64,000 nt of DNA from Phoronis australis (lineage: Eukaryota > Animalia > Phoronida): positions 585,075 to 649,074 of the forward strand of contig NMRA01000021.1 of the NCBI GenBank assembly GCA_002633005.1. The letters run 5' to 3'. Shown here in pieces: positions 25,767-37,560 of the stretch. The notes beneath the pieces were generated by a model. That model saw only the letters and a list, made by a program, of their open reading frames with translations, did no database searches and was not told the DNA's origin. Positions within the stretch are counted from its first letter, which is position 1. The number at the start of each line of letters is the position of its first letter. Position numbers and translations under genes: made by a program.

Positions 25767-27940
25767 ATTTCTCGCTTCACTGGTGACGCTCTGATTCCCT
25801 AAGCCCCAGACAACTATTACTATGCCTATTCAGCACGCCCTTTGTATGTAGATCTGAGCTAATGAAGTGGAAAGGTAATTGCTAGCCTTACTGTATCAAC
25901 AATGGTTGTCAAGTACCCCCAATATTCGGTTTCCTGTGACATTTGCCGAGTTATAGTCTGCAACTCTGGAGAGTAGTTTTAACTTAGTACATTATGAATA
26001 TTACAAAATGACTAAAAAGGTTAACTTGTTTTTTGTCTTCACAAAGGGCCACTTCCCAAAGGAACGATAACTTTTGAATTCACATTGGTTTTCTTTATAT
26101 TTGCTTTTTATGCTTCTGCCCACTTGCTTTTTTTCACCTGAAACGGGTTGATAACTTTTTATCTAAGTTTTAAACTTGAAGTACCAAAACAGTGGTAGAT
26201 TTTGATCGCCCGCTAAACTTAATTGGTCACTAAGTTCATTGTGAGCCCATCCCTAAACTTCCCACATTACAGGTACATTAAATATTTCACGTGTCATTAA
26301 AGTTTAATCTTTATTAGAACTCAAATCATAAAATACCTAAGTGCAAATATGGTGATAACCAAACTGAAGATTTGGAATCTCTGGACAATTTCGAGGACAC
26401 TGACTATATAACTATTGTAGCTTTGTGTCAGTGATAAAAATGAAAAGTGGAAACAAGTTAGGTACAACTGCTTCCTGGTCAAAAATCTGGTTACACGTGG
26501 CGAATTTCTCGCTTACAACGATCACTGCTCTGATTCCCTAAGCCCCACACAACTTTTATAGATCCTATTCAGCTCGCCCTTTAAATGTACTGATGTAGAT
26601 CTGAGCAATGAAGTGGAAAGGTAATAGCAAGCACTACTTTCTTAACAATGGTGGTCGTTATTACATCTCAATTTTTTTTTCTCAGGCATTTGCACAGAGT
26701 TAAGGCCTGCCATGTGAAGAGTAGTTTTAACAGGGCACATTTTAAATCTAACAAAAAGACTAAAAAGTTAATTTGCGTTGATCTTGACAAACGACAATTT
26801 CCGAAAGGAACGTTGGTTTTAAATATGTTTCATTCCTGTTTTCATTAGTTTAATTTAATTTTACTCCTGTCTACTTGTTTTTTTTTCTTACGGGTTAGCG
26901 ATGCTGTCTTTTTATTTTGTACTTAATAAACGAAGCATCAAAACAAATTAGAAGTCTGTTAATTGTGAACCCATCCCTGAATTTTCCAGATTACAGCTAC
27001 ACCAAACATGTCACAGCAAACAAAACTACACGTGTCATTAGTTCAAGTTCAATTTTTATTAGAACTCAAATCATAAAATATACACAAAAGTGCAAATACG
27101 GTCACAGCCTAACTGCAGACTTGGAATTTCTGGACAATTTTGGTTACAGTAACTACATAACTATTCTAGCTTTTTCTCAGTTATAAAAAATAAATTCACA
27201 GCTCTTGCCCACCAATCAACCTCATCCACTACTTGCACTCTCTCGTTGACTACAAAGCTAGCCATCTTAGTTTTCTTCACCGGTGTGCCATTACAACTAC
27301 AAGCTAACAATTGGCGTATTTCCGCGAATAACAGTTTTCCGGTTAGTGTACTACTCCTGGATTAAAGTAGTTCGGCATGCACTGAGCTATAAGCGATGTT
27401 TTAAAGGTTACTGACATCTAATTTAGTCACTGCGTGTTGTTTATAAATGTTTCAAAGTAGCTTAGTTGCATATTAAAAGAATAATCCACGTGATATTGTT
27501 AACTCGGATCAGCGTTTGTAAATCACCGACTATATCAATACGCACAGTCAATCTTAAATCGTACCCAATGTTTGGAGTTTTTAGCTTCATAGTTCATCGA
27601 TTTTTAAAAATCGAAAACCAAACTTGGTTGTTTTTTTCCATTTGAATACAGCTGAGCTGTGGTATTTGTTTTTAACGAAAACTGTTGGTTAATGCATTTT
27701 GAAAATTCGCCAGTATGTAGAGGCAGAGGTGTTTAATACAGCTTATCGATGGTCGAGTAATTAATATACTTAATTGGGGCTCGCACTGGACAATGCCGCG
27801 GTCATCGCACCTGAGTTCGACTCTGCCTCCGCGCTAGTAAATTTGACCCCGGTAAAAGCCGCTCCGACGGACGAGCGGTGAAAACTCACGCATATCTTTA
27901 GAAATGTGACTTTCGTGTAAGCGTATTCATTCACGGCATG
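25767..27940. repeat. Older diverged repeat block: 25767-26450 is similar to 26505-27190, and 26495-27940 is similar to 41510-42940
   Basis: Shared anchors atttctcgctt..ctctgattccctaagcccc, gaagtggaaaggtaat, ttagaactcaaatcataaaata, and a common end ttcacggcatg. Confidence 0.75.
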
Positions 27941-28515
27941 TATGTGCTCTTTCAATCAAGATTTTATCTGCGTTTTCTATTTCAAGTTTTCCTGACTTGA
28001 ACACACTGACCTTGTTTTCTGTAACATCCCAAGGTTCGTTTGTATTTGGCGTTTCATCTTCAATGCCGTGTATGATTAGGTTGTTGCATCGGCTTTGGCC
28101 CTGCATGTTGTCCAGTTTGTTTTCAAGTGCACTGACTATGTCTTTCAGGTCTTTGTTTTCATACGTAGGCCAGTGACAAACAGCTTATTTCATTTACTTG
28201 CATAACAAGTGCATCTAGCTGATTCAACTTCTCAACCTTACCACTCACTTCATTGAGCGTCGCCATGACATCGTGAAGTGTGAGCTTCTTGTTTTGCTTA
28301 GCACTTGTAGCTATATCTGGCGTGCGTTCAGTAACGCTAGGACCTACGCTAAGACCTAGGTAAAACCTAGCCAGAGTCACATGTTCTCATTTGAAATACA
28401 CGGCAATATCTCACGTAATCTCGCGAAGTCTTGCTTTTTAGCGAGGTCCTAGCGTTACTGAACGGGAGACTGGACTCGCGTATTGTCTAATGGAGTGGGA
28501 GCCACGTCCGCCATC
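27941..28515 (-). mobile_element. Decayed LINE ORF1 (coiled-coil plus RRM-type, L1/CR1/L2-like) relic interrupted by a MITE
   Basis: The minus strand reads MADVAP.., LNEVSGKVEKLNQLDAL, then ENKDLKDIVSALENKLDNMQGQSRCNNLIIHGIEDE...EPWDVTENKV...ILIERAH, with frameshifts. Confidence 0.75.
28316..28470 (-). mobile_element. MITE family A, copy 4, nested in the LINE ORF1 relic
   Basis: Both TIRs are present. Reverse-complement match to 245-391. Confidence 0.85.
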
Positions 28516-28787
28516 TTGGTTTGCTTTTGGTGTTTGTGCACTGCTCGATCTTAGTTCCCTCGAAGCCTCAGTTCGTCTTTCTTTAGTCGGCATGACGACC
28601 CACTTATTCTAGCAATAGTTTGAAAACATTTGTGATACAAATTGGAGCCTAATAACACGGTAGAACGGTGGTTTGCTTTAGAAAAAACGACAGTAGATCC
28701 AGGATATCAAGTATACTAGTCCAAAAAGCTGCAAATGTTTTCGCAATCGTGTGAACATACTAATTTAAAATAGTTTTGTGTGCGTTG

Positions 28788-29016
28788 TGTGCCAGGCCCA
28801 AATTGTCACAACGTCCCAAATTTTAACAATTTTAAAATTGTAACAATTTGCGTCAGCGCTGTAAACCCAAATTGTAACAATTTAGGCAAATTGTTACAAT
28901 TTTAAAATTGTAACAATTTGCGTCAGCTATGTAAGCCCAAATTGTCACTCTTTGCCCAAATTGTCACAGCATTTGTCACAACGGCCCAAAATGTCACAAT
29001 AATTTAAGACGTGTCA
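28788..29016. mobile_element. Small element built of AATTGT(A/C)ACAA repeats
   Basis: About 10 direct or inverted copies of aattgtaacaa/aattgtcaca. It is the target of the CATG element in the duplicate copy. Confidence 0.55.
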
Positions 29017-31298
29017 GGGGAGTATTCTAGCTATAAAGATTTGATTGAGTGTTCGGCCCGTGAAAAAGGGCGCACTTTCCCAATTACAGGATGAAACTGA
29101 TGTTGCAGTGGTATGAATTCACGAGAACGATCACCAGATCAAGGGTGTGCATGCATTGACCGTCAAAGTTGGGTTGGAGAGCATTTTCGTATTCTAGTAC
29201 CAGGAGTGCAGACCCACTCTTATCGTAGTGGCCTAGAACGTGAAAACATTCGAAGTGATGCTCTTTTGAAAATAGGGAATACCATGCTAGTGATCAAGTA
29301 CTGGCCGGTATTCAACTCCACCTGCACAGCGTTTTACCCGCGAGCGCGGGGTTGCAGGTATCGAATACGCCCTCTGGATGATCATACAGAAAACATTTTA
29401 TTTCACCGACAACGTCCTTTTAAATCATTCATCAGATTACTCGATCTCAACTTCTTCCGTACTCATGTTAGAGTTGATTTCTGGATTTGGTAAGAACGGG
29501 CAATTTTTTAATGCTAACTAAGTTGGTTTGTCACGGCGTGTCATTTTATGAGCAGGCCATGTAGTTGACCGTGGAGTATAGGAATATGTAGATACGCTAC
29601 TGTGCGACAAAATCAATCATTACACACCAGCATCATCATACCTGGTCTAATATTCCCATTACACCTCTTTCTTGACGTTTTGCATAACTCACTTTCCTCT
29701 ATTCAATGAAATTTATGGACTCCGAGAGTGAAATACGCAATTTTACATAATTGAATTGCATACAACTTATGGGTAAATTAAGTGCTGTTGAACAAAACGC
29801 TGGCAGCCAGTTCCACCTCATAGTCACCTCATCTCTCGAGTCGTAAATGGCCTTGAAAGCTTTTCGAGGCAACGGAAACAAAGCCTTCATAGTAAGGGAA
29901 AATTTGAGGCTTGTTTTGTAGGGGCTAGTCATGATTTTGATTCTTCAGAAAGCAAAACGGGAGGAAATTTAGTTTTAAGATTATTGTATTGTAAATATTT
30001 CTATGGGATTATATCGTGAGTTTCTTTGAAACAAAATGGAAAATGTCTCCTTTGTTGTCCACAATTGCAAACAATGTCACACAGAAAGTTTTAAATTGGT
30101 GCAATCGACAAATATCACAAGTTACAACACAGACAGTCAAACAATACTGATGAGAGTGCTTTATCTTTAATTGGTGCGGGTCTAGATCTTGGTAACTTTG
30201 TTCGAAACTTTCCCTGGTGCCACCAGATGTAATTTTTATAGCTAGCTTTATAAATTCTACAACAGTATTCCTCAGAAGGAAGAATGATCAGGTGAGTATT
30301 GATTTTTGAGGTGTTCAATTAAAGCGGCCTAATAATTGTAAGCGGTAGGCTACGGGCCTCGAATGCAAACTATCAGGGGTAATAGTTCGCCTACGGTGGC
30401 TGGGAAAAGACATGTTAATTAATTTTTCCTAACTCAAGCGCCCGACTTATAACTCGAGCGCTCGACTTGTAAGTCAGACGCCCAATTTAAGTCACGATCA
30501 TGAAAACGAGGCTAATCTTGAACACATGAACGACAGACATCTATTATGTAGCGTTGAAATGTAGCTCATTACACCGGTTGCAGTGTAGGACTTTCAGAGA
30601 TGTTTACTAAACTCATTTCTTCGGGTAGTAGTATGAGTTATCCTGATCAATAAGTGAAGTGTATGTTACCGTGAACAAGAGACAATGGAACACATTTACG
30701 ATGGTTTTGTTACCAAAGAATTTGGACTCTGGAAAATAGCATATTCGTGACAATGAGATAATGTTTATTTTGAGCGCCCGCTGTACATGTATAGTTATCA
30801 CGGTAAATATTCGAGAACGAAAAACGGGACTACATTGAAAAGCGGAACTTGCGGATAAAGTGAGACACATTTGGTTCCAAGGCAAAATGCAAGAGTAAAA
30901 TGTTCGCCGCAACACACAAAAACGTCCCGACAACGTTTTTTGTTGTGGAACGGGAAACATAACAATAAAAAAATCAAAAGTACCCGGCGGTGTTTTTTTT
31001 CTTTTTATTTTATCCGAACGGCATACTCTCGTGGAACTCGTGTCCGATTCGCGAGTAATCGCAGCTTGCTGGCAAGATGAGCAAAAGTGCTTTGCCAATC
31101 ACCCTCACTAACCATTAAGTTTTGTTGTTGTGAAACATGATCGGTGTAATAACCAATTTTTCATCATCGATGGTTCATAGAGTACAACATTTACGATATA
31201 GTTCACTCGACGCCAAGTCAACACCCTGATGCTCGCCTGCGCCCTCACTAGGCGGTTGTCTTGGAAATTTTAGTGCTGAATTCCTCAACTGTCGATTC

Positions 31299-31561
31299 CT
31301 AGTCTCTGAAAGTGATACACATGTCGTTACCTTCTGAGAACGCAACAACTGAGCAGCAGCGATTTTTTCTACAACTGTTCAAACAATGGATCCTGCTTCG
31401 GGCATGTTCAGAGTGTATCTTCTGAACTTTCTTGGTGCTTTTTAGAGACACGAAGGTGTCACTAGTAACACGAGCGTATATTGTAACTTGCCCAGGGTTT
31501 AAATAGTTCAGTTCTTCACAGGAGGCTGTCGCAGAGGATGTCTGACAAACTTTCGTACAGC
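31299..31561 (-). CDS. Terminal exon encoding a PAN/apple-like Cys module
   Basis: Acceptor atgttttacAG, phase 1. Reads CTKVCQTSSATASCEELNYL...HARSRIHCLNSCRKNRCCSVVAFSEGNDMCITFRD*. The R-S-x2-H-C-x3-C-x5-C...C spacing is typical of PAN modules. The frame is conserved in the duplicate apart from a 3-nt indel. Confidence 0.7.
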
Positions 31562-32294
31562 CTGTAAAACATGACAGATATTTTTACTTCTAAAATCTAT
31601 TGACATATTCACACAAACACTAGCCCATTTAAATTGTCACCACATTTCGGTTGGTCATGTATCCGGCTATCTTAAGCTGTTGCAAGCTTACAGCGTTTTT
31701 AGAGGCACAGGCACGGGTGGTCATTGATTAGAACTATTTTCATAGACAACGGTTGTCGCGAGAAATGACCGACCGAAACTTCGTGACAATATCATGAAAT
31801 AGCTTTTAGATATCATTTTACTACGCCACCGCCTCAAATAGGTTCGAGAAAGCTTTTCATTATTTTCAGCATTCTAATGAATGACGGTTACAAATACTTA
31901 CACATCTACCTCACTGCTTCGTTACCGGGCTTTAAACATCAGTGTGAAAATTTAGCGTTGAGTTAGGCCAGGTACTAAGTCCGGATATAGCGAGAACAAT
32001 TGTAATCGACAATTAATGCTGCGTTTTGTTAAAAGTGCGAAACGTTATGTCTGATGTTACAGATTTTTCATGTTCAGATTTCAAAATTGAAACGACCGCT
32101 ATCTTAAAGAGCCACGTTCATGGGCAATGTGTAAATTAAAATCCAAGTATCAGCCGCATTAGCTGCAAAACTGGACTTAATACTTAATATAACGATCTCC
32201 TGAGGATGAGCTGATAGGGCATCATATATGGTTAGAGAATGTGGTACCGTTTTCTGGACAAAGATTCATTATAGATTACGCGTTATTCACTCAC

Positions 32295-32528
32295 AAAATG
32301 GTACTGGACAATAGTCCCATATCACTGAAGGGTCAGTTGTAAAACACCAAGGTGACTTTCTCCGGTATGCGTTCCTGCAGTAGTTTTCAACTGTGAATGC
32401 ATTACTCTGTATATTATGAGTATGCGGAGTCTGTGCATCCCATCTCTGACACGTCCTTCCCGACCTTGTGACTGACATGGTTCCTTGGTAATCCTCGCCG
32501 GACACAAGGAACTTACATTCATGGGCGT
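32295..32528 (-). CDS. Kringle domain exon K3 (phase 1-1)
   Basis: gttattacAG ... GTgagt. Reads ECKFLVSGEDYQGTMSVTRSGRTCQRWDAQTPHTH...ENYCRNAYRRKSPWCFTTDPSVIWDYCPVPF. The 6th Cys codon is split (T|GC) across the intron. Confidence 0.92.
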
Positions 32529-33149
32529 CTGTAATAACTGTTGTAGAAGGAGGTCGATTATGGCATTGTTTATTCGTTTGACAAATGGCCGCCAGTAGTA
32601 CAAACATGTAAACATTAAAATTTGCAACTTCGTTTCCTCGAAACATTCAGACACTGGTATGTATCACAGAAAGTCGAGAAAGTAATTTAGTAAACTGCGA
32701 CAGCGTTTTCGGCAGTTCGTTTTGAACAATTTTATCAAAAACTTGGTCGTGTCATTAATAAAGGTGTTTTGATATAAATTTGTAAATTTACCTTTGTTTT
32801 TCACTACCTTTAAGTAAAAATTCATAACGACGAGATGTTGTCAGCTGTAGGTCGGTATCATTTTCAAAATCAAATTGTAGTCATTTTCTGCTTTCAGAAA
32901 ATATATACTGTAATGAATTGAATTCACTAGTTCTGGAAATATTTGGCTGCATGTTGGTCAGGTAAGTCATGATCTTACGTAATACGCGATTGAATCTCTT
33001 TAACAAAAGTTCCATCAGTCGAGAAATAACTTTAAAGTGAACTTTTTGAAGATAGCAATCGACCTTACATTTGAGTTTTCTTTGCTATCCAAATTTTTTT
33101 AGTTTATAAAAAGAAAAGATCAATGTCCTTTAAATATGGTGGCCATTTT

Positions 33150-33311
33150 GAGGTCGTCCCTGTCATCCTCGGTCCCCACGTTCCCGCATTCAACTAATCC
33201 CAAACTTATGCTAAACCGTCCCGTTGTTCCCCGGCGTTATGTTCCCCAGTATTGTTCGTCCCCAGTTCCGCCCCATGTTCTCCCAATTCGATGGTCCCAG
33301 GTCCCGATGTT
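33150..33311. repeat. GTTCCC/GTCCC-rich degenerate repeat (likely TE subterminal array)
   Basis: Recurring gtccc/gttccc(c) every ~15-17 bp. Also at 58220-58380. Confidence 0.5.
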
Positions 33312-33508
33312 CATTCTGCTTCTTAGAACAAGTCCAAAATTAAAGTTAAGTTGTAATTCAGAATTGACATTAATTTTCCGAGCTTGTTGTAGGGTAGAAT
33401 GGTGCGCCTTATTTGTCTGAGCCGTCATGTAAAGAACGGTGACTAAAAGGTACACTAAGAAAAACATAATTCGCATGACTTCGCTCACTTCTAATCAATG
33501 GCACACGT

Positions 33509-33738
33509 TTAAATGTTTGTACGTTGCTTAGAGATAATGAAGTAACAAGATCCTGTGTAATTTGCATTTCCTATGCTGCATATAGACGAAGTTTCATAAC
33601 GGCTAAATCGTCGTGAGAGACCGTCCGGAGTTGGTATAAGGTGCAACTCCGGACGGCTTGGGGTCAACAGAAAAACACATTTTAACTGTGAGTCTACGCC
33701 AAAGTAATGAACGAGAGTAGTTCTACTTGCTGCGTCAG
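33509..33738 (-). CDS. Putative terminal exon, PAN-like module interrupted by a hairpin-containing in-frame segment
   Basis: Candidate phase-1 acceptor catacctgcAG, compatible with the K2 donor. Reads ADAASRTTLVHYFGVDSQLKCVFL[23 aa]YETSSICSIGNANYTGSCYFIISKQRTNI*. The frame is open in both duplicates. Confidence 0.45.
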
Positions 33739-33976
33739 CTGCAGGTATGCTTATCTCTTTTATGACACACAATGTGTGACAGGGCAAAGCATTTTCAAAA
33801 TAATGTGGATAAATCAGTGGAGTGTGAGACCCCTGAGGCCCCTGTCAAGTCCTCACGACAATTCTACGTTATGTTCACATATAGGCTGATACGTGGATGG
33901 GGGCCAGTTAGATTTCTATATCTGTTTGAAGAATTTTCCGTAGACATTTCACCTCTATGGAAAACCGTGAGCTTAC

Positions 33977-34216
33977 CCGAGCATAATGGAACCGGACAGT
34001 ATTGCCATCTGACGGAAGGATTTGCTGTGTAGCACCATGGAGATTCGGCATTTGCTAACCCCACATTTCGGCAGAAGTTTTCATGTACTCCTTCGAGATT
34101 GTCGTGAGTGTGTGGGTGTTGCGTATCCCATCGTTGACATGGTATGCCCCACAAGGTAATATTTATTGTTCCGTTGTACGAATATCCCCTACTATCGTGC
34201 TTACAATCTTGATAGC
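33977..34216 (-). CDS. Kringle domain exon K2 (phase 1-1)
   Basis: gttttcacAG ... GTaagc. Reads DCKHDSRGYSYNGTINITLWGIPCQRWDTQHPHTH..ENFCRNVGLANAESPWCYTANPSVRWQYCPVPLCS, with six Cys. Confidence 0.92.
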
Positions 34217-35053
34217 CTGTGAAAACATCACACATGTTTTTACTTGTAAACTCTGTTGATCTACTTACGCATACTTTAGCCTATTTAAATTGGCACCTCG
34301 TCATTTATCCGACCATCTTCAGGTGTTGCATTCTTACAGCGTTTTAAGAGGGTCATGAACAGGATCTGGTATGTTCTTGGTGGTCATAGATTAGCACATT
34401 TTTCTTAGAGCACTGCAGGATTTGAACATCGGACCTTTCGATTTGCAGTGTGGCATTCTATAAAACCTGAAGATGTCAGGAGAAATGACCGACCGAAACG
34501 AAGTGTCAGTATTAACGGGTTAAAGGTGGGAATAGATTTTAGAAATTATCTTACGACGTCACCACTTCACACAGGTATCAGGAATCGTTGGTTTTTCATA
34601 ATTTCCAATATTGCAATTAATGACAGTATCGCGGAATTCTTACACATCTACTCCATTCTAAAAACATGATCGCCACCTTAGTACAAAAAGCTAACGCTAA
34701 GTTTTAGCCAAGTCGTAAGTCCGGTCGTAACTATGACGATCGTAGGCACGACTGTAATGCCTACTTGATGCTGCGGTTTTCATGAGTGCAAAACGTTATA
34801 ACTGAAGTTACTCGTTTTTCATATTCAGATTTCTAAGTTAAAACTGCCAATGTATGCAGGAGCCACGTTGATGCGCAGTGAGTAAATTAAAGTAGAGGTT
34901 TCGACCATGTTAGCTATAAAACTGGACTGAGAACCTTTGATAAAACGTCTCCTAAAGTTGAGCTGAAATACAGGCATTATATCTGGTTAGAGAATATGAT
35001 GTCTTTTTCTGGACAAACAAAAATTCATTGTCGATTACACATTATTTACTCAC

Positions 35054-35290
35054 CAGAACAAAATGGTACTGGACAATGCTGCCATCTCACTTTAGGGTCA
35101 GTTGTGTAACACCAGAGTGAATTTGAACCGTCTGGGTTCCTGCAGTAGTTTTCAATTGTGTACGTGCTTAGTTTAGAATGTTCATGAGGAGTCTGTGTAT
35201 CCCATCTCTGACAGGTCTTTCCCTCCCACGTGGTTGACATGGTACCATTGTAATCCGTGCCGGAGGCGGTGAACTTACATTCACGGCCTT
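35054..35290 (-). CDS. Kringle domain exon K1 (phase 1-1); upstream or signal-peptide exon not identified
   Basis: gttattacAG ... GTgagt. Reads ECKFTASGTDYNGTMSTTWEGKTCQRWDTQTPHEH..ENYCRNPDGSNSLWCYTTDPKVRWQHCPVPFCS. Confidence 0.92.
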
Positions 35291-36494
35291 CTGTAATAAC
35301 TGATGTCAAAGAAAATCAATTATAGCATTCAGTTGTTGACTCGCAGATTCGTTTTGGTTTGCTTTCGACGCAGTTCACTCGCTACTTTAAGATCGGCAAG
35401 TTTTCAATTGATGGGGGATACGCGGAATAATGTCTCGTGGGAAATTACTTCAGTCATCCACGCCACTCTCGGTACGTTTTGTGTATTTCTATACATGTAT
35501 TATTATTACACGCTGTTATTTTTCGCATTTTGGTAATACTCTTGATTTTTAGAAGTACAAGAAGTAAACCAGTCAGGTATGGGAAAAGATAATGACTTAT
35601 TAATTAAATTATATGTATTTTGCTTGTGGCATAATCATCAAGAACTGACAAAGGGCTTTGTAATGATATAGCTCATAATGCAATTTGGCTGAAAAAACGG
35701 CGGAGTTGCTAAAAGTTTCAATGACAGTCAATTCCATAGCAAATGCACGCAACGAAACAAACTAATGCAAACAACTCTCATGCAGCCACACGATCGGAGT
35801 GGGCATTTTGGGTCTAAATTTCTATCAGCACGCGACACCAGAAATCGCCATGACATCATGCTAAACATGCAAAAAGGCATAAACGCAAAAATAGACATTG
35901 TGTGTGACTGAAATCCTTGATAAAACGGATAAATTTGAATTTACTAAAGAAGAAATTCTTCGTATTAGTTTACTCACATCAAGTAAACTTTTTCCCAATC
36001 TCAACAACATCATCTCGCCATCATATCGTAGTTCTGAAATTGGCGCGCTTTTGATGGCTAATTACGCTTTCTTGCGTAACGCTAAAATATCTGCAAAACT
36101 AAAAAAGGTGGCAAGCACCAGCGCGCTCATTAGAAACAATATTTGTCAGCTCCGTACGACTTTATTCATTCGGAACACTTCTGATATTTTCGTAGCCTAA
36201 GATTTCTCCTCGTAGTTAGGTGAACGTTTTCTGCGCATGTACGAGAGGTCACGTGACTGTCAAGTTGGAGAATGAATTTCCTGTACGGCTGAAGTTCGCA
36301 CATGCGCAAATCAATTATGTTCACCTTCTAGGGCAAAATTACCCGCGGTGTTTCGTTATCGTGTATATAATTATATAGTATGTAGCGATGTACGCTCTAA
36401 TGTCATACGGAAATTGAGGATCATTGTGTCCAACTATCCTGGACACGAAAGATTACATTCACGGCATGAAAAATAAATTTACAGAAATTAGCAG

Positions 36495-37560
36495 TGTCAC
36501 GTTGTTCCCCGTGTGGTGGGTGGGCGCAGGTTATTACAGACCGGTGCCAATAGCTTTCGGTGCGACGATTGACTGAAGACTCGTTCGATTGAATAACTTT
36601 ATCAAACTCGACCGTACGATCACCAGCTTACTCAAACAAAATGTCCGACGTATTGTCTGTTCTCCGGCCAGTGCTGCGAAGCCTTGACTTTTTGTTATTG
36701 ACTTCTGAGACACTTTCAGCAACTCAACTGTAACTCTCCAGTAACTGACTGGTTTTCAACTTTTAACTGACTGCTACAAACCCGTGCTTGGATATTTATA
36801 CTCTGAAGCAGTATTCTAGAACTTTTTACCAATTCAAGCACGGAATCCACGCAGTCATTCTACAAACATATACCAGGCTCTAGAATGTTCCAGATTACAT
36901 TAATCACTTACATGCTAGATTCTTTTAGAATATTTCACTCCATTCTGTAGTAAACAAATTACATCGTCAGTGTGCTGACCTCAGGGGTCATGCCCGTTAA
37001 TAACACAAACAGAACAAAAAACAAAATACTTAAACTAAGAAGAGTGTCAGCCCACTCCTGACAACGCACCCCTGCCAAAGACAAAATTACTCTATAATTT
37101 TCTAACACAAAATCATCTGACACAGATAGATAATCTTCTCCGTTTCTAAGGTGCTCCCTGACTTGACTCTGTTAGACGACTTAAATAATCGGCACCAACG
37201 TTAGACTTTACCGGGATGTCCTCATACATGAAATTTATAAATCTGCAGCGCTATTGTCAATCGCATAACTTCGGGGCTTTCAAACTTGCAGCGCTGTGGT
37301 CTGTCTGCACAACGAATTCCGTCCCAGATAAAACTGGAAGCGGCGAAGACTGTCGCCAAACACTCTTTCTCTTCTGTGAAGTAATGCCGCTCGCTCTCTT
37401 TAAGCTTTCGGCTGGCATACGCAATAAGGATTGTCCCATCGTCAAACTCCTGCAGTAAAACTGCCCCTAAACCATCGTTTGATGCGGCCGTCCTGACAAG
37501 CAGTCAGGCCGAATAAAACTCACAAGCTCTGTGGTAGGAGCCACACGCCCTGTCGCTGAC
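36495..37560 (-). mobile_element. Ty3/Gypsy LTR retrotransposon 3' remnant: RNase H, PPT and 3' LTR (36495-37063)
   Basis: The LTR is bounded by TGTCA...TGACA, with purine-rich ggcaggggtg just upstream of it on the minus strand. Decayed RNase H motifs: ASNDGLGAVLLQE, ASRKLKESERHY..EKECLA, FVVQTDH, GKSNVGADYLSRL. Confidence 0.85.

Noticed and set aside
29113-31098. ORFs of 126 and 161 aa with counterparts in the duplicate
   Set aside because: They are frameshifted between copies and have no recognisable domain. Their recurrence only reflects the duplication.
33237-33488. ORF with a signal-peptide-like start (MRIMFFLVYLLVTVLYMTA) as first exon of a K3-PAN gene
   Set aside because: No convincing phase-1 GT donor follows it, it runs into a GTTCCC repeat, and it begins about 30 bp after the upstream putative stop. 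It cannot be supported, though it is not excluded.
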